Shown here piece after piece: positions 23,304-36,099 of a stretch of DNA of 64,000 nt (position 1 is its first letter; each line of letters begins with the position of its first letter). Under the pieces are notes generated by a model. The model was not told the DNA's origin, made no database searches, and saw nothing but the letters and a program-made list of their open reading frames with translations. The DNA is from Scyliorhinus canicula (Eukaryota), in NCBI RefSeq assembly GCF_902713615.1, contig NW_024055665.1, positions 62,001 through 126,000 of the forward strand, given 5' to 3'. The translations under genes and the position numbers were made by a program.

Positions 23304-23431
23304 CTTCACCAGAGTCACTGCAGTGCTATAGAATATGCTGAAGACAAACAGAGTGATAAATGCGGAAGCGGTTGTCCCGATATTACCATTATCATCCCCA
23401 TCGTCTTCAATCCAGATGTGGCCTCTAATGT
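23304..23431 (-). CDS. IGHM: IgM heavy chain TM1 exon
   Basis: (D)IRGHIWIEDDGDDNGNIGTTASAFITLFVFSIFYSTAVTLVK: acidic spacer plus Ig TM motif (F..LF..S.FYS..VT). Acceptor CCGTAG, donor GTGAGA; phase fits the internal Cmu4 donor. Confidence 0.92.
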
Positions 23432-24389
23432 CTACGGAGATGGGAAAGTTGAAACGTATTTCAGTCGGTTAAAATCCTAATTATGTTCTACTTCCTCTTT
23501 TACTTTCCTTAAAGTGCAATTTGTTCTATAATTAAACTTTCAACCGGGGTCAACATGCTAAGTTAATCTCTCTTATCAATACATATCTAATACTTAATAC
23601 CACCGCTGTATTCCATAAATATGTTCTGTTATGATCCTAGATCAGACCACCAGGTTTTTGGTATGATTCGGTTTTACGTTTGCAAAGTTTAATATCCAAT
23701 GTACACTCCAAGCCATACAGTCTTTGCACAAACAAATTAAACATCACTCTACAAAGCCAAAGAAGTGTGGTTATTTGCAATACCTATCTTAATCAAAAAC
23801 ATTCAGAATCAACACGTGGCACATTTGAATTAACAGGTAATCTGCAGTCGAACACACAAACTTGCACAATGCATGGTCGATGTGACGAACATAGATTCCA
23901 CAGACCCCGACACAACACAGCCAGGCGTCCTTATCAATTATGTGTTACACGATACTGGTTCAAACTATCTCCCCTCAAGAGGGAACTCGAGCATTCCTTT
24001 CCAAATATCGAACCTCTGAATTGCCTTTAAAAATAGCTCCTTCTAATACTAATCTTTATTATTGGCACAAGTAGGCTCGCATTAACACTGCAATGAAGTT
24101 ACTGTGTAAATCCCCCGGACTGCTTCCATGACTTCTCACCTGCCAGGTTTTCAATCGCGCTTCTTGCGACAACGTTCCCATGGATTCCTGAGGCTAAACT
24201 CCAGCACCAACTCTCAGCCAGATATAGAAGATCGCCATGTTTCCAAAGGGTCACCGTTGGCTTCTCGAAGCGCATCAGGAAGCCACCACACATCTGCTGC
24301 CTTTCCTGCTCTCCAGGTCTTCTCCCGAACTATGCATCCTGAGAACTGGCGGAGGTCCGTCAACCCCGACCGCCTGCTCGACTACGCAA

Positions 24390-24790
24390 TGAGATCACGG
24401 TCGATCTGACTGTATCCTCACCCCCACATTCCTGCCGAACCCAATAAACCTATCACTCCTTGCTTCTGAAGAATCTATCTATCTTTCTATCAAATACATT
24501 CAAAGACTAAGTTTCTATCGGCTTTTGAGGCAGTGAGGACCAAAGATCACGACTTTCTGAGAGACAAAACAATTCCCCTCAACTCTACCTGAAATTGGCG
24601 ACCTCTTATATCTGAACAGTGACCTCTCGTTCCCGATTGTCCCAGCAGAGCAAACATCCTTTCCACAGAGACTATGTCAAGACACCTCAGCATTATATAT
24701 GTTTCAATCAACTTGTTTCTTATGCTTTTAATCTCCAGTGCATATAACATTAGCGTATATAAACTTTGATCATAAAACAACCGGTGGTAT
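24390..24790 (-). mobile_element. CR1-type LINE 3' fragment
   Basis: Minus-strand LIETYIMLRCLDIVSVERMF..GHCSDIRGRQFQVELR. Confidence 0.65.
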
Positions 24791-26440
24791 TCATGGTAGT
24801 CTCTGGCAAACATTGCTTCTAGCGAAATTACATCCTTCCTTCAGCAAGGAGTGGGGAGTGGCGTAATCATACTGCCGCTGCGCTAGTAATTCAGCAAAGC
24901 AGGAGAATGAGCTGTGGTCCTGGGTTCAAATCTCATCATGACAGGTAGTGAAATTTGAGTAGAATAAAAAAATGGAGTTAAAAGTCAGATTGTGACCATG
25001 AACTGATTCTAGGAAAGGATATATCCCGACTTTATACAAAGGATTGTGCGCAATGACTCCAGGTGTGATCTAGCATACTCTCTGTGTAACTGATGCGTGC
25101 ATCGCTACTTTTGTATTCAATTACCCACATGATAAAACTAGATTCATTTTTTCCCGATTACTCGCTGGCCCTGCATACTAACCGTTTTCATTTCACACTT
25201 GAGGAAATCCAGTCCTCTCTAAATCGCAGTGCTCTGCAATCTCCCACACATTCGCTAATATGCTTATTTTTAATTTGTTCCTCAAATATTTGACAATTTC
25301 CCAATTCTCATTATATTATCTGGTTGTGACGACAGTCACTGAAAATATCTTAGTCACCAGTCTCCTCTGTATATCCTACTCACAATTTATATTCCTACTT
25401 ACAATCCAAAAATGTGCAGATTATGCCCATGCTCTAACATATATTAAGTTCACTTGCCTGTGGTTCTGCCTTCCTGTTTTTGAGCCTGTCAACTCAGCTT
25501 CTCGTGATTGACAAGCAGTTTATGTGCATGGAACCTATTATCCTGTTGCAGATTTTCTGGATTCGTTCGTGGGATATAGGTGGCGTTGGCTGGGTCAGCA
25601 TTGTTACCGATCTCCGAGGGAATTTAAGAGTCAACTACATTGCAGTATATCTGGAGTCATATGTAGACTGCGTAAGGATGAGAGATTTCCTTCCCTAAAG
25701 GACAATAGCGAACCAGATGGGGCATTTGCAACAATCGACCATTGCTTCATGGTCGTTATTAGGATTTTACTTTCAGATTATTATTCAATTCATATTCCAC
25801 CATCTGCCCTGGTGGCATTCCAACTCATGTCCCCAGTGCATTACCCTGGGTCTCTGGATTGCTAGTCCAGTGACAATACCACAACGCCACTGCCTCCCTT
25901 GCACGGATCTTCACTGACCCTTGACCTGATCTGGGTGACCTATCAAAACGCTGCAATGAGTCACGCTCTTGTTGCTGGTTGGATCAAATGCAGCACGCAT
26001 GGGAACATCCTGTGCCTTGCATGTTGCAACATCTACAGGTTCTAGCTCACAAAGCAAGCAGTAACAGCAAACAATGATACATCTGTGTTTAAAATGTTGT
26101 ATTTTTTCTTCACCTCAGATGCAACTTAATTGCGAATCAATTTTTAAATGGTCTATCATCAGGGAATATTATGGTGAGACACAAAGAAGGTTTACACATT
26201 GATAATGGTCACCGTAATGATAGTTTCAGATAACTACTTCAGACAAGACAGTGAATAGAGCTATTCGAACAGAGTTTCACGCATGTTTTGTGTGTGATGG
26301 AAATGGTTGGTATATCATTAAATAAAATCAGTTGTTATCTGTTATCTGGCTTTTGTGCATGTCATTTAACGACAATTGCTGTCGAAACAGTCGAATGTTG
26401 CTGTAAAAAATGTCCGTCAGAATTCTGATTTTGCCCTTCG

Positions 26441-26515
26441 TCTTTCTCTCTCTCTCTCTCTCTCTCTCTACCCCTCACTCTCTATCTCTCCCTCTCTCCC
26501 ATTCTATCTCTCTGT
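26441..26515. repeat. (CT)n microsatellite, degenerate at the right end
   Basis: TCTCTCTC run of about 27 nt followed by an imperfect CT-rich tract. Confidence 0.9.
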
Positions 26516-26859
26516 CGCTCTAATATGCATCAGTATCGTTTCATTTGAATTATTCTGCACTTGTGTTTGTATGAGTTCTAATTAGTGTCGGAAACATTCT
26601 AATGAGGATTGAGGATATATTAATGCATCTGCGTCTGCATCTGTGTGTGTGCATTGTGGTAATATCAATGAACATGCATGATCTGAATATGTGTTTCTCG
26701 TTAATGTGTTGCTGTGCTGATATGTATGTTTATAAATTGATCTTTGCATTTATCTCTGTTTAAGTGTCTGGATGTGCAATATACGACTTTTTGCATGCAT
26801 TCGACCTTCCATTTGTGTGTATGTTAATATTTTTGACTGTATGATCCTGTTAAATTGTT

Positions 26860-27600
26860 TATTCATAGAACCCCTAAAGGGCAGAAGGAGGCCATTCGGT
26901 CCATCGATTCTGCACCGACCATCCGAAAGACCACCCGACCTAACCCGATTAACCTGCCCTATTCCTGTAACCCCGCCTAATCTGCACATCTTTGGACACT
27001 AATGGGCAAAGTAAGCATGGTCAACCCACCCAATCAGCGCATCTATGGGCTGTGGGAGGAAACCGGAGAACCCGGAGGAAACTCACACACACAAGGGGAG
27101 AATGTGCAAACTCCACTCAGACAGTCATGCAAGGCCATAGCCCTGGCGCTGTGAGGCAGCAATGCTAACCACTGTGGCAATTTGTGCCGCCTCTTATTAC
27201 TAACTGATTTAGCACAGTGAGCTAAATAGCTGACTTGGAATGCAGAAAAAGCAGGGTTCAATTCCCGTGCCAGCCTCCCCGAACTGGCGCCGGATAGTGG
27301 CGATGAGGGGCTTCTCACAGGAACTTTATTGAAGCCTACCTGCGACAATAAGTGATTATTATTATTGAGACAGATATAGGACAGATGTCAGAGGTCGGTT
27401 CTTTACTCGGAGAGTTGTAAGGGCGTGGAATGCCCTGCCTGCAACAGTAGTAGACTCGCCAACACTAAACGCATTCAAATGGTCATTGGATAGGCATATG
27501 GACGATAAGGAATAGTGTAGACTTTAGAAGGGTTTCACAGGACGGTGCAACATCGTGGGCCGAAGGGCCTGTACTGCGCTGTAATGTTCTAGTTCTATGT
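26860..27600. mobile_element. SINE (-, about 26865-27180), second-family SINE (+, about 27200-27362) and CR1 3' tail (+, about 27365-27600)
   Basis: Family cores as above; the CR1 tail TTCTTTACTCGGAGAGTTGTAAGGGCGTGGAATG matches about 41300-41500. Confidence 0.7.
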
Positions 27601-28040
27601 TCTTGGACTTATGTGGTAATGTCTGTTTTGCCATATATTTTGTCCTTATGCGTGTCTGTTAACATCTGCGCCTATGTGTGTCACTGTGAATTTGTTAATG
27701 TTAGTTTATCTATGAAATGCGTGTCGCTGTATGTGCCTGTTAGTGTTCATGCATCTGTGTCCACATATATGTGTTCATTTCCAAGATAATATTTGTCTCA
27801 TGTCTACATTATTGTGTTTGTTAGAGTTTGCAAGTGCATTTGTTAATGTTTACCTGTGGGTCCCTGCTTGCGTGCATGCTTGTGATGGCATATTATCTGC
27901 GGTTGTGTTTGTGCGTGTGTTTGCATGTGGGTATTTTGATTTTTGCTACAAGTTTCACCAACAGCCATGCCTGGTTCTGGTGGCGTGCATGATAGGGAAT
28001 AGTATTCACAGCTCTGTGCAAAAGCGTGTTACAAGAGAGA

Positions 28041-28190
28041 TGATGTGGAAATGCCGGCGTTGGACTGGGGTGAGCACAGTAAGAAGTCTTACAACACCAG
28101 GTTAAAGTCCAACAGGTTTGATTCAAACACGAGCTTTCGGAGCGCAGCTTCTTCCTCAGACTTTAACCTGGTGTTGTAAGACTTCTTACT
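28041..28190 (-). mobile_element. Penelope-like terminal fragment with a perfect 32-bp inverted repeat
   Basis: AGTAAGAAGTCTTACAACACCAGGTTAAAGTC (28078-28109) is the exact reverse complement of 28159-28190, and the sequence matches the PLE end at 63378. Confidence 0.9.
28128..28159 (-). ncRNA. Hammerhead ribozyme core with damaged stems I and II
   Basis: Minus strand reads CTGAGGA-A-GAAGC-TGC-GCTCC-GAAA-GCT-C-GTG. The catalytic boxes are intact, stem II has one mismatch, and the 5' arm of stem I is replaced by the inversion junction. Confidence 0.65.
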
Positions 28191-28524
28191 ATTTGAGAGA
28201 TGCAATATGACATCTGCTGAAATATCCCAAAATAATCACGGGACTACCTTTGGAAATATAAATCACAGAACTGTGAAAGCGCCCTGGAGGATAGACTATT
28301 GGAGTTCAACCGGTTGAATATGATTATCTGTTATAAGTTTTTTAAAATTACCAGAATGTTTAAATATGAACATATCTCCAACAAGTGGAAAGGTTGGGAT
28401 CGTCGCCGCACAGTGAGCTAGAAGCCGATTATGTAACGAGGGAGTGTTTGCCTTCTTCAGTAATAATTGGCCTTTCCCCTCCTTCTGGTGCAGAATGCAA
28501 GTTAATTGATTAACTCCTTCGGAA

Positions 28525-28722
28525 GGAGGGCAGCACGGTGGCGCAGTGGTTAGCATTGCTGCCTACAGCCCTGAGGACCCGGGTTCGAGTCACTGTCCGT
28601 GTGGAATTTGCACATTCTCCCCGTGTCTGCGTGGGTTTCACCCCCACAACCCAAAGCTGTGCAGGATAGGTAGATTGGCTACTCTTAATTGGAAAAAATA
28701 ATTGGGTACTCTAAATGTATTT
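28525..28722 (+). mobile_element. HE1-like SINE flanked by a target-site duplication
   Basis: Head GGGCAGCACGGTGGCGCAGTGGTTAGCATTGC. AACTCCTTCGGA occurs on both sides (about 28512-28523 and 28729-28740). Confidence 0.85.
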
Positions 28723-29504
28723 TTTAAAAACTCCTTCGGAGGGAATTCAAAAAACAATGTGCAAACATTTGTCCTTTTTCGTTACTCTGATGGAGAAATG
28801 TGATTACAATGGGTTAATAATTTCTGTCAACGCCCCCCACCCCTATCAAGGGGTACACAGTACACAGGTAAGTGTATTGGGCTCCCGTAACAGCCTCCCC
28901 AAACAGGCGCCAGAATGTGGCGACTAGGGGTTTTTCACAGTAACTTCATTTGAAGCCTACTTGTGACAACAAGCGGTTTTCATTTTTCAATTCATCCTTG
29001 CGCTCTCTCTGCTGCCTGGGTTGGGATTCGAGGTTAAAGCGTGTTAACAATCATCAATTATCCTCTCCAGTTTGGAGTAGAGGGTTAACAAATTAACCTT
29101 TCTACTTTCTTTGATGAGCAGCAGAACGTGTTCCTATATGGCCGTCACTCCATTCCCATTAGGCGCACGATGCTAAACTGACAACTGACCCCAATTCTGA
29201 GTGATAGATAATGAACGAACCAGGGACACCGATATTTCAATTTGCTGCAGCTGTTTCTGAGGAATAGAAAACTATCCGAATTCAGCAGGAGGCATGTTGC
29301 AGAAAATACTCTGTGGAATCATGTAATGAATGAACTCCAATACATCTCTAGTCTGTGGTGCATCTGAACTGCGAGCGGTGGATGTAAGACTTGTGCCAGA
29401 GGAAGGTAGAATTTACGACTCCAGGCAGATAATTATTTCCGTGACATATTTACACAGGATTAAGTGAGCGATTGTGCATATAGCTAAGTTTTGAATGAAA
29501 GGCC

Positions 29505-29510
29505 TTTATT
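29505..29510 (-). terminator. PolyA signal for the secreted IgM mRNA
   Basis: AATAAA on the minus strand about 38 nt after the tailpiece stop codon. Confidence 0.8.
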
Positions 29511-29548
29511 GTATTTTATTTAAGAACCGAAATGTGTCTGATTGGTTC

Positions 29549-29940
29549 TCAGTGACATGAATTAACGGTGTCCATCAGAGCGAGGGAAATGTTCACAAAA
29601 CTGGGTTTACCGCTGGATTTATCAACCGTTCTGTTGATGATCTTCAAGGGGATGGCTTCATGTCCCACCACACAGGAGTAAGAAGCGCCGCTGGCCCACT
29701 CCTCCGCTGCAATGGATAACAGGCTGTACATGAAGAAGGAGCTATTGCCGTTCTCCGCCATCACCTCGGTGTTCTTGTAGTTCCCGGGATTCACCGGCTT
29801 GTCATTGACGGTCCACTTGACGAAGATCTCTCGGGGGGAGAAACCTCTCACTAAGCAGCTGAGGGAGACGAATCTCTGGGCGGAGACGTCTTCAGCCGAG
29901 GGCAGGAGGACAGAGACGGACGGTTCCCGCGGGTTGGGAT
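29549..29940 (-). CDS. IGHM: IgM Cmu4 exon plus secretory tailpiece (membrane-form donor after 29611)
   Basis: (D)[42 protein letters not shown]...[23 protein letters not shown], then [21 protein letters not shown]1-set Cys/Trp, tailpiece N-I-S sequon and penultimate Cys; internal G|GTAAAC donor. Confidence 0.97.
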
Positions 29941-30469
29941 CTGCAGAAAATGTACAACAAATGTTAAAAAATAGAATTCCAAAGACATTGGCGCAGGTGG
30001 CTCGGTGTGAGACGAATATGCATTGCCCTCAATTTAACATGTTTTCCTATCCCTCTTTCTTGTTTGTCCTGTTATCCATCCCGGTGTATGGGCGGGCGCA
30101 GTCCGTCTCTCTGTAAACTGAGAGTTGGTGACAATTATCTGCCAGTCACATGAATCCTAACGAGGGACTAATTTGACCATGATTGCTATTGATGCTTAAC
30201 TGGCGCATGAGTCATCTCATCTTACCTCAGTTCTATTTCAGTACGAGACACAGCCAGAGTGAGTGTGGGTATCGGGAATTAGGAGCACAATTCGATGCAG
30301 AGAGGAAAGTGCTGCCTTTTTCATATTTTGTGTTTGCTTTCTAATTTTTAAAAAATATTCAGAGAGTGGCCTTTCCCTGCTGCAGCAATAAAGGCAAAAG
30401 GGAGAGCAGTTTGGTAAGTAGTGGGTAACGTCGGGTAAATATTTACTGTTTTTATCACTTATAGTTTAT

Positions 30470-33400
30470 AAGGACTTTTTGTGGTTTATAGTTTATAAGG
30501 GAATAGTCTATAGCAACGTGGACCAGTAGAGAAGTGCCCGAGAATAATGGATATTGTCTGACATCAAGCATCCACGAAAGGTTTAATTTAAAAGTCTTAG
30601 CAGAAAAAAACAAAGGCGTGGCTTTTCTCCTTGTGTTCCACGTGGGAAGCTGGGAACATTTCCATTGCCAGGGGCTCGCAGGAATTGCGTCCAGCTTCAC
30701 CTCCTGGAAATCTGCATTCCGAGACCAAGAGGCGGCTGGGGACACTGTGGTGCATCCTTAAGGCGGAGAGTGAAGTGGATAGCACCAATAGAGAGGTCGT
30801 CACACCGCAAGCACACACTCCAGGGGCAGGAACGGATTGGGTAACCAACATAAAGAGCAAAGGGACTAGACAGGTAGTTCATTCTGTGGCCATTCCACTG
30901 AAAAACTGAGATACCACTTTAGATACTGTTGAGGAGAATTACCTCTGCGGTAACATGGCAAAAGCCAAATCCGTTACTCGTCAGTTGGCTCCGCTGCATA
31001 GAGGAGCAGGTAGAAGTGTGGAAGTGCAATAGCTATCGGCGATTCTGCCTTTCAAGGGAAGGCAATAGGTAGGCATTTCTGTGGCCGCAAACGCGCGAAT
31101 TCAGCAAGGTATTGCCTCCCTGGTGCTCGGGTCAACAATGTCTTGGAGCATTTAGAGAACATTGTGGATCAACAGCTAGTGATCATGGTACATATTGACA
31201 CAAACCACACAGGTACAAAAACGGATGAGGGCCTAAAAATCAAAATATAGGTGGTTACGTAAAAAGTTGAGAACTAGCATTTGAAAGATGGTGAGCTCAG
31301 GATCAATACTAGTGCCATATGCTTGTCACCGTCGAAATATCAGGATATATAGGATGAATGAATGGCTGATGATATGGCGCGAGTGGGAAGGTTTAAGATG
31401 TTGTGGAATTCGGAGCTGGAACAGGAGGTGGGACCAAGACAAACTGTCCTTGGGGGAGCATTTTCTGAGTGGTTGGGGAGGGCTGAAACGAAAATGACAA
31501 GGGTGTGGGAATATATGCAAGTAGTTAGAGAAGGGGGAATCAGGAACACGAACTAACGACAGTCAGGGGAATAAGAAAAGTGACAGGCAAAGAAATCTAC
31601 GAACAGGATCAAAAGGACAATCGTACTGTAGAGGAGGAATTCCTGGAGTATATCCGTGATGGTTTTCTGAACCAAAACGTTGAACCACCAACGGGAGGGA
31701 GATAATTCCAGAATGGATGTTGTGTAACGTGAAAGGAATAATTTGAAATACAGTTGTGCGAGACGCCGTGGGGATGCGCGACCATAAAATGATAGAATTT
31801 TGAATCTGGATGGAGAGTGACGTAGTTGAGTTTGAGAATAGGGTCCTGAACTTTAATGAACGAAACGTGGATGGTATGAGGTGCCAGTTAGCTATAAGAT
31901 ATTGGGAAACATTACGTAAAGGGATGACGGTGTATCGGAAATGGCAAATAATCTAAGATGTATGGGTGGTTGCAACAATCCGTTACTCCTGTCTGGCGTA
32001 AACTAAAAGGAGAAAGATGACCAAACGGTGGCGTACAATGGAATCAGTGACAGTATTAGATCTGAGGAAGTTGCATAAAAATTGGCCAGGAAAAAACAAC
32101 AGGAGCAGTTTAGAATTCCGTAAAAGGGAACCAACGGTTTGATTCAGAAGCGCTTAACAGAGGACGAGAGTAAGTTTACAGGGAATATACACACTGTCTG
32201 TAAAACGTTCGACAGGTATGTGACGCGAAAAAGATTGGTGAAGATAAATGTAATCCCCTTATAGTCAGAAACAGAGAGATTTATAATTGGGAACAAAGGA
32301 CTGGCTGCCAACTAAATGAATACATTGGTTCTGCATTCACAACGGGGGACAGAAATAACATACCAGATATTTTGGGGAACACAGGGTCTGGTGGGAGGGA
32401 GGAACTGAAGAATATTAATATTAGTAGATAAATGGTTTTAGGTCAATTGATAGGATTGATGGTCCATATAGACACCGGACCTGATAATGTATATACGAGA
32501 ATGTTGAAGGAAGTGACCCTAGAAGTGATAGGTGTATTGGTTGTCACCTTCCAATATACAATTGTCTCTGGAACAGTTTTAAAAAAATAATAATTATCAT
32601 AAAATCTTTTATTAGTGTCACAAGTAGGCTTACATTAACACTGCAATTAAGTTACTGCGAAAAGCACCTAGTCGCCACACTCCAGTGCCTGTTCCGGTAC
32701 ACAGAGGGAGAATTCAGAATTTCCAATTCACCTAACAAGCACGTCTTTCGGGACTTGTGTAAGGAATCCGGAGGAAACCCACGCAAACACGATGAGAACT
32801 TCCAGACAGTGACCAAAGCCAAGAATCGAACCTGAGATCCTGGCGCTGTGACAAAGCAGTGCTAACCACTATGCTACCGTGCCACCCATTTCCAGGTTAG
32901 ATGATAGCTAATCTAACACCATTACTTACATAGGGATGTAAATAGAAAAGAGAATTATTGACCAGTCACCTTGCCATCGGCAGAGATGCAAATTCTAGAC
33001 CCATTATCAGTCGCTGAAAGTAAGCCCGCAGGTACAGGAGGCAGTAAAGAAGGCAAATGCTACGTTGGCCTTCATAGGGAAAGGATTTGAGTACAGGAGT
33101 ACAGATGATTTACTGACATTCTTTAGGGCCTTGGTGAGGCCAAACTTGGAGTATTGTTTGCCGTGTTGGTGTCCTTATCTGAGCAAGGATGATCTTGCTA
33201 TGGAGCAGTGCAGCAAAGGTTCGCCGAGATCATTGCTGGGATGGCGATGTCATACGAGGAGAGAGTTAAGTCGGTTAGGATTAGATTCAATGGAGGTTAG
33301 AAGAGTGACAGGGTATCGCATAGAAACCTACACAATATTTGACAGTGCAGATTTGTAAAAGAAAGTTCCCGATGTTGCACGAGTCCAGAACTAGGGATCA

Positions 33401-33700
33401 TAGTTTGAGGATTAAGGGAATAAACCTCTGAGGACTGAGGTGGAGGAAACATTAATCACCCAGAGTGTGCTGAATCTGTGGAATTCACTACCGCAGAAGG
33501 TAGTGAGGCCAAATCGTTGTGTAATTTCAAGATGTTATTAGATATAGCTCTTGGGGCAAAGTGATGTGGGGTAAGGCGGGATCAGGGTATTGAACTTGAT
33601 GATCAGTCATGATCACAATGAATGGGGTAGCTGGCTCGAAGGGCCAATGGCCCCCTCCTGCTCTATTTTCTATGTACGTTTCTATGTATTGAAGAGTTTG
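30470..33700 (+). mobile_element. Decayed CR1-type LINE including an esterase-like ORF1 remnant, with a SINE inserted at about 32600-32890
   Basis: ORF1-like PGARV...IMVHIDTNH, and ORF2 AFIGKGFEYRS..LVRPNLEYC with a CR1 3' end. Confidence 0.75.
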
Positions 33701-33759
33701 TAGCAATGGATTTGAAAAACTGCAGAATCGGACAGTGAGCATGGATTACGAAATGGAAT

Positions 33760-35330
33760 TTGTCTTGACAATTCTACTGGAATCCTTTGAAGGATGCAGC
33801 GAGTACAGTTACTGAGGGAGAGTCAGGGCCTGTGCTTTGTTTAGATTTTATGAAGGTTTTCAACAAAGGCCAAATAAAATATTAGTCTATAAAATTAAAG
33901 CGCATCGGTTTTGGGGTTAGTATATTGAGATGGATATAAAACTGTTTGGTAAACAAGAAACAGATAGGATTGAATGTTGCCGAATGGTAGACAGTGACAT
34001 TTGGTGAACTGTCGGGATTGGTGCTTGCAGCCCAGATATTACAATCAATATTCATGGTTTTGACGAGGGAATTAAATTCAATATCTCCAAACTTGCAGAT
34101 GACCACCTAGCTGGGTGGGAGGGCAGGCTGTGAGAAGGATACAGAGATGCGTCAATGTGATTTGGACAAGCTGAGTGAGTAGACAATGCGGGCACATGTA
34201 GTGCAGTGTTGATAAACGTGAAGCTATCCAATTTGATGGCAAAAACAGGACTGCAGATTATGATCTGAATGGCTATAAATTAAGAGAGAGACATGTGCAA
34301 CGAGATCTGGGTGTTCTCGTATACCAAGCGCTGAAGGTAAGCATACAAGTGATCAGGCACTGAAGAAGGCAAATGCTATGTTGGCCTTTACAGCGAGAGG
34401 ATTCGAGTACAGGAGCAGAGATGACTTGCTGTAATTATACAGTTCTTTGGGGGGGGGGGGGGCAACATTTGGAATATTCTATGCAGTTTTGGTCTCCTGA
34501 TCTGAGCAAAGATTTCCATGCTATAGAGGGAGCACAGAAACGGTTTACCAGACTGATTCCTGGGCTGGTATGACTGATGTATGAGGAGGGATAGAGTAAT
34601 TTAGGATTATAGGGCAGGCACGGTAGCATAGTGGTTAGCACTGTGGCTTCACAGCGCCAGTGTCCAGGTTCGATTCCCTGCTGGGCAAACTGTCTGTGCC
34701 GAGTCCTGCATGTTCTCCCCGTGTCTGCCTGAGTTTCCTCGGGTACTATCGGTTTCCTCCACAGTTCAAAACGTGCAGGTTAGGTGGATTGGCCATGCTA
34801 AATTGCCCTTAGTATCCAAAGAAATGTTAGGAGGGGTTATGCTTACGGGGGATAGGATGGAAGTGAGGGCTTAGTGTGTCGGTGCAGACTCGATGGGCCG
34901 ATGGCCTCCTTCTGTATTGTATGTTCTATGTTTCTATATTCGCTAGAGGATGGGAAGAATGAGGGGGAAACCTATAAAATCCCAATAGGACTAGACAGCG
35001 TAGATGCACGAAGGATATTCCCGATCATGGGTTGTTCACAAACCGAAGTCATAGTCTAAGGCACCTTTTTGGATGAAAGGAGGAAACTTTGTTTCACCCA
35101 GAGAGTGGTCAGACTGCGTTATTTGCTGCAATAGGAAGCAGGGTGAAGCTGAGACGCTAGCGAGACAGTGTCAGGTATAACTCTAAAAGGACACAAACGA
35201 TATTGGGGGAAAGCCAGCACAGATTATTGGATTGGGTGATCAGCCATGTTCATAATGAATAGCCCAACTGCCTCCTCCTGCTCCATTTTTACTATGTTTC
35301 TATGACAATTGAATCGTAATTAGAGCATAG
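33760..35330 (+). mobile_element. Second CR1-type RT/3' fragment with a SINE inserted at about 34612-34930
   Basis: LEYSMQFWSPDL.KD..AIEGAQKRFTRLIPGL. Confidence 0.7.
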
Positions 35331-35554
35331 AGACAGGCATTCGGCGCAACTGCTCGATGCTTCTGTTTTAGGTTCAACCCTTATTTGTTTTAGTGTTAAA
35401 TCCTTCTGTTCCTTTCTCATTCGTTCACTTATTCCCATTTCTCCTTAAATCTATGATTCTGCGCTTTCGGAGGATTTCGTTATTGGAATTAACAATTATC
35501 AATGTGGTCCATTAAACACTAAATATAAGGGACAGGCCTTTGCTTCAATCTCAC

Positions 35555-35863
35555 CTTCTTCTTTGTGGATGGATTTTTTTAAGGGCGTTGGCAGATCCTG
35601 GTGGCTCGCCACACAGTCAAACACAGCCCCACTCAGCCAGGCTTGTGTCGAGATGTTTAATTTGCTCACCACACTCCCAGTATCTGCCCCAGGCTGTTCA
35701 GCAATCTCTGATTTCAGCGGCTTCTTCGCTTCACTCCAGGACACGTTGACTCCATAAGGAGTATTCGAAATGATGCAGGTTAAGGTTACAGTCGCCTCCA
35801 GTAAGACCTGTTCTATTGACGGAGGCAGTATTTTTACTGAGACATCAGTGCAAGGGGCAGGCT
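35555..35863 (-). CDS. IGHM: IgM Cmu3 exon
   Basis: (E)[42 protein letters not shown]...[22 protein letters not shown]; 309 nt, phase 1/1, acceptor TTCACAG and donor GTGAG. Confidence 0.96.
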
Positions 35864-36099
35864 CTGTGAATGACAAATTAAAATCAACCCAAATTCCATC
35901 TTTAGCATCAGGACAGCAGTATTCAGCCTTCACTTTCTAAAGGAAACTATACCAACCTCGATGTATCAACCCTTAACAATTCCTTAAATCTTCAATATAC
36001 AATGGTACACCAGCTTCCTCCGTACGTGACACCGTTTTAGAAATTCACTTTCCAATGCTTTGAACAGAAGCTGTTACCAGTAAACGGTTCCAGAAATCA

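Noticed and set aside
32986-32993. Octamer ATGCAAAT (also at 62527-62534)
   Set aside because: Both lie inside CR1 coding remnants and are isolated.
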